A stretch of DNA of 63,409 nucleotides, counting the filler, from Sphacelaria rigidula (lineage: Eukaryota), in assembly GCA_964200075.2 (NCBI GenBank). It is 5 parts of 5 records of this genome, joined end to end, with 100 filler letters (N's around TTAATTAATTAA, not from the genome) between each part and the next. Parts side by side here need not be neighbours in the genome. Positions count along the whole stretch, not along the records: positions 25,408 to 38,008 come from CAXNAA020003580.1; positions 38,109 to 50,709 come from CAXNAA020003581.1; 3 more parts are not named here. The stretch is one strand, 5' to 3'. The translations under genes were made by a program, and so were the position numbers. Positions 25,858 to 39,281 of the stretch are shown in pieces. How positions within the stretch are numbered: the stretch's first letter is position 1; the number at the start of each line of letters is the position of its first letter. Below the pieces are notes generated by a model. That model saw nothing but the letters and a program-made list of their open reading frames with translations. It had not been told where the DNA came from and made no database searches.

Positions 25858-28633
25858 GAATTTGTCCGGGCGATTGTTCACCTGGACCTACTCTCAAAAA
25901 CGGGACTCCATTCACTCAAGACAAAAACACCGCTCGAGGCTAGAACACGCGATCTCTTGCCTGCACGTACCCCCCCGTCTGATCTGGAAATCGACCTGTC
26001 GCCATCTACATATAGCCCTGGAGGAGACTATTTCGACGGCATGCCTGGTCGTGTCCTCGGCGGAGGCATTGACACCCTGGTATCCAATGACACGAAGCCA
26101 CCTCGCTCCCCGATAGCCGTTGGTGATAGTGACAATACCGTTGTTGCTGGAAGTCTTCGACCCTCCACGACTCAACAAGACCTATCTGGGAAACCAACTG
26201 CTACATCTGCGGCAGCCCTCCTGCGTCTCGAGCGAGACAAGCGCGAACGAGCCGCATGGGCACAGCGAATAGGAGCCGGCCGACCGCACCCGCGGAAAAT
26301 AATATCAAGGCAGACTTTATCTACGATGGACAGTCCACCATCTCTCGGTGTAGTGCAGGCAAGCACGCCGGGTGGGGACGACAGCTCTGGCCTTAGAGAG
26401 AATGCAACCGGTGAATACGAAAGGCAGAACACTGATACGAGCCTGACGAAGCAGGGGGGCGAAGTAATCGCCGACGAAAACAGTGGAGGCGCACGGGGGG
26501 ATCACTACGAGGATGATCCCGTTGCACGTGCATTTGAGAGATATGCTCTTCACCGACATCGCGAAGAAGAGAGGCATCGGGCACCACCGCTTGACACCTT
26601 GAAGGCGAGAGTCATTCAGTTCGACCGTGGGGGGAGGAAGAAATTGCTCGAGTAACACCGTGGCTTCATAAACTCCCTCCTCCACGAGACAGTGATTTGG
26701 ACCCTAGTTCGTTTCCACTGCTCTCACACTTGCCCCTTATCCGGTAAACGGAGTGATAGGTTTACAACGCAGTCTCAACTGCCACAACACTGTTGGTCTC
26801 AGTTGCCGCGTATCTGTAGATTCTGTGCCCAAGTAAAATATTGTAACAAGGGCTGAGCATTCCAAGCAATATCGGAGATAATGAATCATCACCCATGGGT
26901 GCATGTTCCCCAAGGAGCTCTATTATATAATGACAAAAATGCTCGTGCTTTACCTTTTATCCTGTTACTGACCTACTCAGTTGTCCACGAAGAGACAATC
27001 TCCCCCGCACGGCTGGGGACATTCGTCTATTCCACCAATAAACATAACATCTTCCCCGCTGCACGAGGCGGAGGGATACGATGCCCCACCCTCGCATTAC
27101 CCTCCGAGACGGCAGCGGCAGCGATCTCCATCTAAGCAGAGACTACGCTGGGTGGATACTGCAGAGGAAGACCGGGAACTCATGGGAACTCGAGAGGACA
27201 AAAATTCCGACTCTGACAGTCTTGACGAGACTCAAGCGCGACCGTTTCGTCGTCAAGTGCGCCCTCACGACGGCCCAAGGGGCCAAGGTCTACACAACCG
27301 AACTTGGCCTAGGGTAAAAGCCAGCGTGGAGAGGGGACGTTCCCCAGAAAAAGAGAGCGAGGGACCGGCTCGACCGCGCTTGACAAGTGGAGGGTACGGT
27401 GCCAAGGACGCAAGGGGGCGAGCGAAACAACATGATTCCAATTTTACCGGGATTGGGGCAAGAGAAGAACAGAGTGATGAGAGAGAGGACGTTGGGCCCG
27501 AAGAACTTAGAGCACTCCGGCGGGCATTTGATATGTATGATGTAAACGGGGATGGCTTCATCACGCTTCTGGAGGTAAGATAAGCTGCGTGCAGCTCTAA
27601 CTGTTTTGTCTATGTCTGGAATTGTTTGTCGTGAGCAATGTCTCAGCACGTACTGTGCCCTGTACCCCATCACCGAGTGTGTTAAATATTTACCAGTGCT
27701 TAGAAAAGAGCCACTCGACACGATCCTCGAGCAACAATGTGCTGCGCGTGTTTGAACTGAGATAAAGCAGTTATTATCAAGTGTCGATGCACCTAGGCGA
27801 ATGAATCCACACTGCCGAAGGAATATCAAGTTGGTGGCAGCCGCAATAGTGGCGACACAGACACCACCCACTAAGCAAGTGATTGCCGCCAGCGACACAG
27901 GCACATTTACTGACAACGACAAGCGGGAAAGGCTAATTTCACTTCCAATTTTTTCGAGTCTTGTTGACAGGCATATTGCTTACAGTTCCCAGGTTCATAA
28001 AGCCGTACGGTGTTCAGCTTCGTGCCACAAACTGATTACGATATACTGATGCCGCGATAGCACCTCCCCCCCCCTCCCTCGCGTCAGGATAGTGGCGGGT
28101 TTGAGGAGGCAAACTCTACACGTGAATCAAAATGGCAAAAGTCGAGCACAGCGGCTGGGAACCCCCACGTCTGGGATCGTTTTCGCCGACGTCGCCCAAA
28201 TGAGGCGCTTTATGCAGTCTGAGGCTAAACATCGTGTGCTGTGTGGCCACTTTATTCGTGACAGTTTGGGGCTAGTTCGGGGAGCGGAGCTATCACGGCA
28301 TCACTCGGCATGTCCAGCTATTCGCTCGCGATGCTCCAATTTCGCCTCAGAAAATGACGAATTTATCAAATAATCCACGTATAAACTGCTTGAGAGTACG
28401 CTTGATGCAGCGCCGTGTCCGCCTGTTGCCTGCGTCGTTGTGCTTGTTTCGCCTGCCTACCCGCAACGGCACGAATGATTCAGCTCAAGGCTGTATTTCA
28501 TCAGCGTGGAATACAGGCTACGGACGAAGATCTGCGCGCCTGGATCCAGCTACGAGATTCTTCCGGGACGGGCGCAGTAGACTTCACTGATTTCTCGAAG
28601 TCGTTCGTTGTGCGTGCTGCACCCGGAACATAG
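25858..28633 (+). CDS. EF-hand calcium-binding protein, 3' exons (5' part outside the contig)
   Basis: Exon from 25858 (tag|EFVRAIVHLDLL...; donor ~26460-26650 uncertain), exon 26981-27574 ending LRRAFDMYDVNGDGFITLLE|gtaag, and terminal exon 28484-28633 LKAVFHQRG...RDSSGTGAVDFTDFSKSF...*. One canonical DxNGDGFIxxxE loop followed by a second, degenerate EF loop, preceded by long low-complexity segments. Confidence 0.8.
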
Positions 28634-29945
28634 TAGTTCTGAATCCCGTGTAGGGAACGGGGTGTTTTTGTTGTCTTTGAGCGTTTGGTGGGCGGATAGA
28701 AAATAGATACCAGGTAACCGTGAAAATTGTACATGTGAGCTCCAGATAGTAGAGGGAAGGTGATGTATTGGCGTTCCCAGTGTTATCGTCAACCTGCAGC
28801 CGAGTGGTGACGTCGTCTGTGTCCTCGTCAATATGCAGCCGAATTGTAGCGCTGTTTGTCTGTGTGTGCAGCGCCAGATCATGGCCTGCTGCTATCGGTA
28901 ATGACTTATCCCATAACAGCGTCGAGACAATACAATACCCTGAGTCCACGAGGGTCCCCGGGAATACTGACCACCAGGTATAGCTCGACTCTAGGAGACG
29001 CGGGCTCCTGCGCACATCTCAAGGCACCACCGGGATTAACGGCGACTGTCACAGATGCTACAACGCAGTTACTGGACACGGCGTCTCATTACAGTAGTCA
29101 GCCGAAAGAGAATACCAAGGTCAAATGTTCTTTGGGAAGCTTCAGAAGCAAACCAACACGACTTTGAAAACCTCTACCTCGTGAACTTCTCGACAAATTT
29201 ACAGCTTCCGATAATGCTATGCAGTGCGGTTGCGAGACGCTGCTCGTCCTAAACGCAACACAATTTTTCTTGACCGCATATAGTGGCACACACGTACGAG
29301 AAAACCTCCAAAAAACTCGACATTGTTTCAAGCACAGAGACAAAAACGTGGAAGTATCAGCATTTGTACTGTTGAGGGAAAATAAAATCGACCGGAAAGC
29401 GGATACCATCGATCACTTGGCCGCACCAACGACAAGTCGCCCGTTCACCGCAGCCCTTCCAGCGTCAATCCTAATCCGTGTGTACAGCAGCACTTCAAGC
29501 CCATGGGTGCTCATGAAAGCTCATGAGTCGACGCCTAACGCGCTCAGCACTTGGTTTCGCAAATACAAACCATGGCAACATGTCTCAGCAGTTGTTGTTT
29601 GGATGTTCATGCGAGAATATGGTGGCGCAATCGGAGCAGACGTTCATTCTTGCCCCGGAATCTCGTACTGGCCTCAGCCACAAACAGCCTCAACGCGGCG
29701 TACATTGCGGTTCACACGGCAGGCGGCAACTGTACCATGCGGCAATTTGGTCTAATCCCCGACCATCCATCGCTCACTCGAGCTCGCCACGGGGTGTCCC
29801 TTCAGGGCAGCCTCTCTGGACATATGTGGGACCAAAAATGTGCAAAAACACATTTCTGGCGGCCAGTTGGCGACAGTTAAACCTCCAGCCAGCGTTACAT
29901 ATCTGACGTACGGAAAGTAGCATATATCGCCGACAACACCACATG

Positions 29946-32900
29946 TCATTTTCCATTCCTCGCTCTCGCCGTCGCCTCCGCCGCCTGTACCCCATCTGCG
30001 AGAAGACACCCACTCTTAGCCTTCTTCCTATTGCAGTAGCAGCACGCCCACGTCGGCTTATGTTTTAACGAAAACGGCCGGACGTCGCGGCAGTTCCTGT
30101 GGCAGTGCGCTGCGCAGGACGAACACACCCAGTTGAGCTGGCACTGCCCACACTTGAAGTAATTCACTAGCTCCTCGGGATCCCTGTCTGGCCGGCCGTA
30201 TTCATGCGCGAAACAAGGTTTGATTTCCTCACTCTTCAGCAACACTGCTCCATCAAGAACCAAGGCCCACCCAGCACCTGGTCATTATTCACGGCCAATG
30301 TGCGAATATGGGAGTGGGGACGGAGGGGCGGCGTCTACAGTACACCCGAGCAATAATACAACCTCAACAATGCACATGGGTACCGTAGGTGCAGCTAAAC
30401 ATGCAACGGTTGTTTGCACATCTATGAATGGGAGATACAGTCACGACACAAGGAAGTAAGGTTTGAGGGTAAAGTCATCTTACAACAAAACGAAGGTCCG
30501 TCAGAACAGTCACTCGACGTTCACGGAACAGTCGCATAGATGATCAAAACATGACTCATCAAACAAAAACACCCGGACCTAGCGAACGGAGACAGCCTTC
30601 ATCACCATGGAAATATGGCCACGACGCCAAGTTTGTGTACAGCGGAAGATTTGGAGAACGTGGCCAATCTATCTGAGAGACTGGACAGGTTGATGAAGGA
30701 AGGTGTTTCAGAAATAATCCAAGAGGGGGCCAGAAAAGGAAGGGGAGCTCTAAGCGTGTAAAGGTTTTCTCAAAAGATCCATGTACGCTTGGACACAAGA
30801 TGATCTCGGATACGCGAGGGAATGATTCCGTGGGGGAAAATTTGCTGGAGTGTACGATATGAAAACATGGCTAGAAATTTGCGTACGAATACAAATGCAT
30901 GGTGTCTGATACGCGTAACACGTGTGCTTCGATTTTTCCGCTTCTGGGTGTTTTCTCTCCATCTATGCTTTCAGTGCATCATCAACTTTTGGCTTCTAGT
31001 GTGACATACACAGAGCTGAAATCCGACCTCGAAAAGTCTATTTATGCACCATCTGCTTTTGATAGAGAGTTTCGGAAACAAAAAACAGCCGGAAAAACTC
31101 AGTGTTGGGGTTTAGAAGTTGGGATTTAAGGCCAGGATACGACGAATTCCCCTAGTTAAACCCCGAAAATTGAACCCTGAGAAGAGACGTGCGCAGCAAC
31201 TCAGGATTAATTTGAAAATTCGAAAATATCCCCTGAGTTGCTGAACAACCTGAAGCGGTGGTGCCCAACTCAGGGTGAGGAAACGGAACTAGACACCCTG
31301 CTCCATAAACGACCAAGGTTACAGAACACAGCCGTAGGACAAATACCATAAGTGGGGCGATGGCGGATGCCGTGAACGCCCGCGACAGCGCTGGTGATGG
31401 CAGCTTGTTTACGAGGGTGACCCAAGGCTACGAGGAAGACTTGGAGGCGAACGGGGGAGCCGAGACACCAGTCGACCTGGCTTATGATGACGCGAAAGGG
31501 CGGGAATCGGCCGCTCAAGCAGCCGCTACGAGGACTTGAAAAGATGGCCACCCGACGTGAGGCATGCGTTAGCTCGCGCAGGTATACCACCTTTGGGTGG
31601 CCATTTTGTCGGAGTCCTCATAGCGGCTGCATAAGTGGCCCACTTCCGCCCTTCTGCGTCATCTCTAGCTAGGTCAACAGTTGCCTCTGTTCCCTCGTTC
31701 TCCTCCACGCAGCTAGGATTACTGCGTGGTGAACCTTTATCGAGACTGACTATACTTCCTCAAAATATGCACACGCACACACACAGGCATGTGCACACTT
31801 GTACTGCAGACAGTAGTACAGTACAGAACACTTACTACAGACAGTATACAGAACTGTCTACAGACTGTGCAACAGTACAACTCTCAATCGTCACAGCTTG
31901 TACTAGTGCTGTACCACACACTGACAGGTGCAGGGCTTGTGAATGACTAGCGGGCGCCGAGGTGCACTGCCTGTGCGCCAAACGCTGTGTACTGTGCCGG
32001 GTTCGTACCCGGAGGCTGTGTTGACGATCCTGCTGTCGCGTATTCAACGGTACGGGGACAGCACAAACAACTCTAATGGTCATGCTACGATAGGACGGGG
32101 GGTATTTGGGGTCATGCTTCCACGACATTCAAATTCGAACCATCGTTGTAAACAGCAACGATCATCCGAACGCGCGTGTTACCGATAAAGAATGCTCATT
32201 CATACTGCTTGACGCCGTTTTACCCAAATACAAGCGCACGGCGAGTGTGTCAGGTTGTCCGAAACACCTATCTTTAAGTCCTTTTTTCCTGGAATCAAAC
32301 ACTCAACCTATTGTAGCACGGCTTTGTAGACTCTCTTCTGCGCTGTACGGGTAGCACCGCATTGGTGGGCGCAGAGTAGCTAGCGCAGAGTACGAACGCA
32401 GAACAGCACGGCGCGACTTTCACCCCTTCAACTCAATGACACCGACCACGTGGCATTCGGAATAGAAAATACCAAACCCTGAAAAGGTGGCCACCGTCTA
32501 CACCTACGTGGTAAAAAAAACTACAATTAACCCTGGGGTTCAAGCGTAAACAATCCATCCGTTTGTCGCTTATCCCTGAGTTTTTTTTTTCCCCCGAAAC
32601 TCTCGAACATCTTAACTGAGACGATGAAGTCGCCTCCCCCGCACCACGCTGTGTGGGATAAAGGGCTAGGTACGGGAATGACATGAAAACGTGACCCAAA
32701 ACGCCATCTCGTGAGAGGAGATTAATGAAGAGGAGTACACGTGTGCGATGATACCGATCTTGCGCTGGAGAGATATTTGGAAATATTAATCACAAGTGCG
32801 AAGAAAATATTATGAACCTCGGGCCGCGCACGCTCAATATCAGAGAAATCTCACCGATCCTTCCGCCGGGACTCTGTGAGAAGATAGTTTCTGTGGCAGA

Positions 32901-35404
32901 GGAAATCGAGTATGTGGGTGGTTGGTCTTGGGCCCAACCGTTATTTGATGGAGTTGCTGCAGTTGTCGATAGTGCTTGCAGGAAGAGTCGAACGTCGGGC
33001 GCAAAACCCTTGACTTCGTCTCCTGCAGCAGCAAAATGCGCTCGGACCTGATGTCATGGCAACAACCGAGCAGGCAGAAGATTTGCATTCAACGGGAGCG
33101 AGAGAGCGTTGTGAAGGGCTGCTGGCAAGGATGAGTACTCGCTGGGAAAAAAGAAGAAGAAGGATGGACGAAGGCGCGGAAGAAACAATTGCTGCGGCTG
33201 CACTGTGTTTCGCCACACAGTGAGTTCGTCGCACACGACGCATGCACTGTACACTCGAAAGAAGTCAATATATACAGTACACGGTGTAGTAAAAAAACAC
33301 GCTTCAGCAGATAGCTCCACGCAAATGTCGAAACGGCGCAGTCTCAGTACGTAAGGTTACGATGAAAATACACAAGATGCATCCTACTAAAAAGGTGACA
33401 GTCGCTGATAAAAACATTTTATCACATGGTACAGACAACGCATCACGGGCTACGGAGAAAATGCTGCAGACCATCAACAGTGCTAGGTGAACCCTAACAC
33501 CTGAGGAGCTGAACCGTTACTACTTGCTTGCACTTTCACGATCGCTCCTCATGCTTTCGGACTCGAACTGGACAGCTCCGTAGTCCAGTTACCCGAGTAA
33601 AACTACTACGCACAAAAGAGGCCGTAGATTGGGTCCTGCAATCCCCCACACCTTACTGTAGACGTTCTCCGGGAAGTGCGTTGGTAACAGCTGCGTGTCG
33701 AACCTCACCCCCCTGGCAGCAACAATCACGGTAACGGTAGACGGGAGCAGACTCGGTGGAGGCGCGGCAGCCGCCACATGTGCATCGAAATCCCCCAACA
33801 GTGCGTCTATGCAAGTCCGAAAGCGGCGCTTGCTATCCTCGATCGCCGTTTGCAATGCCTTTACGTGCTCGGTAGTGCTGCGCGGTCCATTTGTACGCGA
33901 CGCTTCACCTTGGAGTGATCCCTGTTTCGAACGCTCCGCTGTCAACTGCAACGACAGCGATGCCACCTTATTGGGAACGGGGCGGAGGCGTTAAAAGAAA
34001 CGGTGTCCCAGGGATTTCCTAAATTAGAAAAAAACGAACCGACCTGTCTGCGACGGGTGTCCTGTAAACATTCACTAGGTTTGCGGGTACATAATGTAAA
34101 CATCGGGAAGCCCTCATACATAGTGTGTTTGTGTGAAATTGTGCTGCTTTTTTTCACGATTTAATTTCAATGCTGCGTCACATGCCATGCAAACTTCTTG
34201 GATATAGCTCGGGGCGGCCTACACACTGGACTGCATTATGGCACATCATAGCGGAGAACATACGCTATCGCTATGGGAGACATTGTATGGAGCGTCTAGT
34301 CCCCAAGAAGAAGGTCTTGCTCCTCCAGGAAAGCCGAGCGGGGGCAGACATCTTTTCCCACACATCTTACTTACACATCCGGGGGAGTGCATATATTCCG
34401 ATCGAATCTCGCAGCCCGTCATCCGAACAAAAAGGGAAACATTGAAACAGGCGCCAGCCCCACTTCTTGAGCGTGGGGCAGCCGGTCTCACAACTCACTC
34501 AGCAAGTTGTCTAATTATTTTAAACCGCTTCTTGTGAGCTTCCTGTTGAAAAACCATCGCCAAAAAGGTCGCAATAAAGCTGGAAATTCAACGTTGCGGG
34601 CGCCTTATCTCCGTCAAAAGATACCAATACCCTGAGCAACCCCGTACGCCGACAGAAACATGAACTTCGGAAAGCAGTTGTGATCAAACCTTGTGTACTA
34701 ATCGCGATATTATCTGCATTCGCTGAATCTACCAATCATGACACGCCAACGTGGAGATGTCTCGATCCTACAAGAACATCACAGAAGCAGGACGGGTACA
34801 TGCGTAGGGTATGTTCGTTTGTAAACGACGAATAGCGAGGGTACTCGTTGGTTTCTACCGGCAACATGATTATATCAGACACAACAAAATGAACAATGCG
34901 ATATTTCGAAGATCCTACTTCCATCACACACACATGAACTGAAAAGTGCAAGATAGGAATAATAAACATATCTTCAATCACCTCTGCCTCATGAGCTGCC
35001 CGTTCCCGCGCGTAGTAGGCCTGGTACCCTAAAAATGCTTCCCTCATTCGGTTCACGAAAACCGATTCGATGGCAGATAGCAACGTCGGCGCCGCGTTTG
35101 CCTCTGCAGCCAGCGAGGCTCCTTTCCTATCATGTCCAGTATCTGTAGCGTCCATTCGCGGTGCGTCTTGGGGATCAATCTGGCGTAGGTGGGGTGGATT
35201 GGGGAGGATCTGCTCCCCCCAATTCATCACGTCCGAGAACCCCCGTAAAACGTGCGTGGTGGGCGACGAGAAATAGCGATGCGCGAGGGGGGTGTAGTCA
35301 TGGTCATGGATGCCGTAGTCATAAGACCATTGGCGAGGGGGGGTGGGGGGGAGGAGGAGGGGGGGCGTAGGCATACTTGAACACACTCCTCGTTGATAAA
35401 ACTC
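29946..35404 (-). CDS. Uncharacterised protein with a helical/coiled segment and a C-terminal UBR-box-like Cys/His zinc finger
   Basis: Phase-consistent exons 34982-35404 (EFYQRG...VNRMREAFLGYQAYYARERAAHEAE), 33652-33966 (VASLSLQLTAERSK...VTVIVAARGVRFDTQLLPTHFPENVYSK), 32855-33047 (VRAHFAAAGDEVKGF...) and terminal 29946-30277 (AGWALVLDG...YFKCGQCQLNWVCSSCAAHCHRNC...HKPTWACCYC...*). Extra exons are possible (~30580-30690, ~35590-35800). Confidence 0.75.
31443..31707. repeat. Imperfect ~265-bp inverted repeat (hairpin) in an intron
   Basis: Left arm GACCTGGCTTATGATGACGCGAAAGGGCGGGAA...GCAGCCGCTACGAGGACT...ATGGCCACCC pairs with right arm GGGTGGCCAT...AGTCCTCATAGCGGCTGC...TTCCGCCCTTCTGCGTCATCTCTAGCTAGGTC. 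The loop is near 31575. Confidence 0.8.
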
Positions 35405-38008
35405 CTGCCAGTGAGTACCTGCTGTGAGCAGATGCACGGTGACTCACAACCTACCCTCGAAGGGCTGCATGTCATGGCTGGCCTTAGAAAGATTTTGAAT
35501 TGCAGAGGCAAACACTTGCAACTTTTCAGTGCATCAGTGAACAGACTGCAGCCGCACGATGACTTTCTCCGACGGAAACTGGCCATACACTGAACGTGTC
35601 GGTGATCTCAAGCCAAGGCCTCCGCATCGCGCCAATGACAGAATACCGCAGGTTTCGCCATAGGTAATAACAGGTTCACCCGCTGTAACCCCTGATATCA
35701 GATCAGGCGTCCTCTCCCGGACATCAACGATGTGTACCAACTTGAAGGCTTCAGCCCCCTCAGAGCCACTTGGTCCACACCCTGTATTAAGCATGCCTCC
35801 GGCTTCAAGTACGGGGTGGCATTTTTTTCAGGCCGCAACCCTTCCCCCCTTGTTTAGCCTCACAAGTACTCAGCCGTTGGGAGATAATCACCAGAGCTCT
35901 TGGGCCTTTGCAAGCATCTGCATCAGCTATAGCGGTGATGTTCAGTACGTAGACAAGTGATTCGATTAAATGACATTTCTCTATACTCCCCCTATGTAGA
36001 GTGCGGTGCGGTCTCCAGGGAGATTCGCGAACAGCGGCCTCACCGGTATTTTTAATCACTACACCAGTTCGATATTTCTGACCCGCGGTCACTCGCACCA
36101 ATCTCTCGAGAACCGCGCACATCCTTGCTTCGAGTTCAGAAAAGTACTTTCAACACGTAGACCAGCTTCATTTTCACAAGTCTCACTACGTCCCGTAGTC
36201 TAATTACTTGGATGTGGAGTAAATGCGGACAAGAACACCCCTTCGATAAACGGGGATTTGCCGTGTCGTTCCGACAGAACAAGATTTAGAAATGTGCCCT
36301 GAGCACGACCTGCTTTTTTTTTCAACGCCTACCGACTCACAGACTGTCGAGTAAAGATGACAAACCGACTGCGAAGAAATCCCGAATGAGTGCATACCAT
36401 TTGTAAAGTTCGACTGCTGTACCCCCTGTCCCCGGCCTAATTTGGGCTTGTAAAACGCATCGGGGTGGGGTATCCGGACTGAGAGATATGCCACTCCTTG
36501 AGTAGCGATGAATTAATTCACGATTGTTCCTGTCGTGAACGCTTCAACCGAGTAACGCGTCAGGGGTTACTACATGCTGAATGTTTCTTTCAAATGAATG
36601 AATTAGGTGTTGATGAAACAGAAGGCAGCATCTGGGCACTCAAAACGGCTGGCTGCCCTCGCAAGTTGCGCACAACACAGATCATTTTTCGTGCGTCTAT
36701 ATCTATCCGGCGACGGTTGGGGCAGCCACGCTCTTTGTTCATCCTCACTTCCTGCGGCAATCTCTTGTTCTTGCTCATTCCTGTCTCCGAGGGGCCCCGT
36801 AACGGCCGCCTGACCCTAATGCGCCCCGCAGCCTCGTCATCAACTCGCCGTGCCATCGAACTCGACCGTTCCTACCGGACCATAAGCAAGTTATCGCGCC
36901 TGTCCCTGGTATCACCCTTATCCCTCGCGACCCAACTATGGTGCGCGTCATGCGTGACTGCCGCGAGGGTTCCCTGCAGCAGGCTCTGGACGCCGTGTAC
37001 GCCGAGGAAGGTCCAGACTCATCACTAAATGCCAGATAACGAACCCTTCGCCATCTTCCACTTGGCCTACTCGCCTCCCAGCATGTGCACCTGGCGCACG
37101 CTGCGCCCTACGGCCGGAAATGCTCTAGATCGCCTGTGCACAGCATAAACGCGTGGGGACACTGGCTTGACCGGAGGTACTTCGCTGACACCATTTCTAT
37201 CCCTTCCTGGCGGAGGAGAATTCCGGCTTGTCGCCGTCTCCTACAGCCTACCCACTCATACCCCGTTGCACTTCGTCGAAGAATTCGAACGAGAGAGTCA
37301 CTAGCCTGCCGCTATCACCACGGTACAGGAACAGAGGTACAACTAGGTCTGCAGAAGACTTCGACCAAACCCCGTTCGCTGGTTCGGAACACATGCACTG
37401 CAACCTCAAGGGAAGTCTTGCTATTTCCTCGGTCGTGTTGTACAGCCTCATGGGCAAAGATTTGCCTTGTTCGTAGCGCAGGGGTGGTACCTCTCTAGTG
37501 TGCCCATTCCCATATCGCAAGCGACGCAGCACAAGCATCGCACTGCCGTAGTCAACTCAGGCAGTTTGGGATTTTCAGCGCATGCAACAGGATAGTTCTT
37601 CGCCAGGCTAGTGGCGTTATTATTGCACGGAAGACACGGTGAGCGAGGTCGTTTTGTTCCGACCTACGTCGGTAAATAATTTGTGTGAGTGTGTGTGTTT
37701 TTTTCAGTTCCTTTCAGTTAGTAATGCAACCTTTTTTCACCAAGCGACGGTGCGTTCTTCGGGTATGCCCTCGCTCCGTTGGCTGCCCCCTTCTCCCGTC
37801 CTTATCTGCAAACATGAAACGACTAGACGCTACGATTGATTAAACGGTGGGCTACGCGTGCACATGTATGTGCCCGTGGTGAAAAAAAAAAAAACGAAGT
37901 AAATCATTCACACCTTGGACAATATATGCTCAATAGTTCAAATAGACAAGAAACGTACTGCATAAAGTATAGGTCTATTGCGACTATTGTCGACCGGCCA
38001 TAGTTACA

Positions 38009-38108
38009 NNNNNNNNNNNNNNNNNNNNNNNNNNNNNNNNNNNNNNNNNNNNTTAATTAATTAANNNNNNNNNNNNNNNNNNNNNNNNNNNNNNNNNNNN
38101 NNNNNNNN
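38009..38108. other. Artificial contig linker N44-TTAATTAATTAA-N44
   Basis: Identical 100-bp spacer. Confidence 0.97.
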
Positions 38109-38273
38109 TCCCTCGTCGACCGTTGAGTCGCATTTCGCGTACCCACGGCATAGTCGCTCTCCACTGTTGGGCATGGCGTAAGGAAAAATCCCAGATCGCT
38201 CCGGTAGTCGAACTCCACAACTCAACCATCAGAAGGTTACGACGTTACCAACAGAGCCACCGGGGCGACCGGC
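38109..38273 (-). mobile_element. tRNA-derived SINE, 5' part (cut by the contig start)
   Basis: Minus strand GCCGGTCGCCCCGGTGGCTCTGTTGG (A box)...GAGTTCGACTACC (B-box-like). Same family as 51360-51726. Confidence 0.85.
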
Positions 38274-38379
38274 TACATTAGAAATCGAAAACCTTGAGGA
38301 GAACGTCTGATATCTTGCTTGTGGATGAACCGTGGTGCTTCTGTCTGATCGCCTGCATACGTGAATGCTCTTTCGGTAG

Positions 38380-38897
38380 ACGCCGGCGTCGACATGCATG
38401 AAAACGACAGGCTGGGCAAGATGAACGTTTCCGGTGAGCACGAAATTGGATTAGTTTTTAGTCAAGACGATTCAATCTTGTATTCTCCCACGCAGGGGTG
38501 ATCCCGATATTTCGGTTGTTTCCACAGATTCGCGCCTTCTTCGCTTTCGATGACAACCTAGAAAAACGACGCCTGACTGGTGGCATCATCGATACACCAG
38601 TTCGAAACTGTACTGCCGCATTGCTGCGGCAAATTGTAGCCCTTATCGCTGTGCCCTTCAACCTACTGTGCGATGTTGTTTTTGTCGTTTTTCCTCTCCC
38701 TTCCAGACCAAGGGCTTCTAGACCGAGATTTTTTCGTCATTCGAACCTGTCTAGACATGGGGGTGCCCGTGGCTTGCGTGGTCGGTGGGGGCTACGACAC
38801 GAACAAAGAAGTACTAGCCGGCAGACATGCCCTGGTTTTCAGGGCTGCATTTCAGGCCTGGCGAGGCCTAGGAGCACGGCGTTCTCGTTGGCGATAG
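38380..38897 (+). CDS. Histone deacetylase superfamily protein (class IV/AcuC-like), last two exons
   Basis: Exon 38380-38433 (DAGVDMHENDRLGKMNVS) and exon 38707-38897 (DQGLLDRDFFVIRTCLDMGVPVACVVGGGYD...RHALVFRAA...*) join in phase 1. AGxD...DxLG and GGGY are the conserved C-terminal HDAC motifs. Confidence 0.9.
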
Positions 38898-39281
38898 TGC
38901 CAGACCTTTGCTTGGCGTCAAGGGCACTCGGATGCGCTTTGTTGGCGCAGATCTGATGGGCCTTCCCGGGGCTTATGGTTTGATTGGCTTGACGTGGCAT
39001 CGGTTTCCTTCGCACATGCATCTTCCTGTACGAAGGGTGTTCTCACCAAGCTTGGCATTCCATCATGTTATGCTAAACTCACGTACTTGATATCTTCAAG
39101 GAAACGCTGCCCCGTTGGAGTTTTGTTTTCTTCTTCCAAACACGATTGCAGGAATCATATACATCTTGCGTACACCATGTACACCACACCATCTTCTGCA
39201 ACGGCGGCCGCTCCACGACCATGCTTGTCTCGGCCACTTGCTTCATCCTCGCAATCGCTGTTTGACGATTGCTGATGCTCC

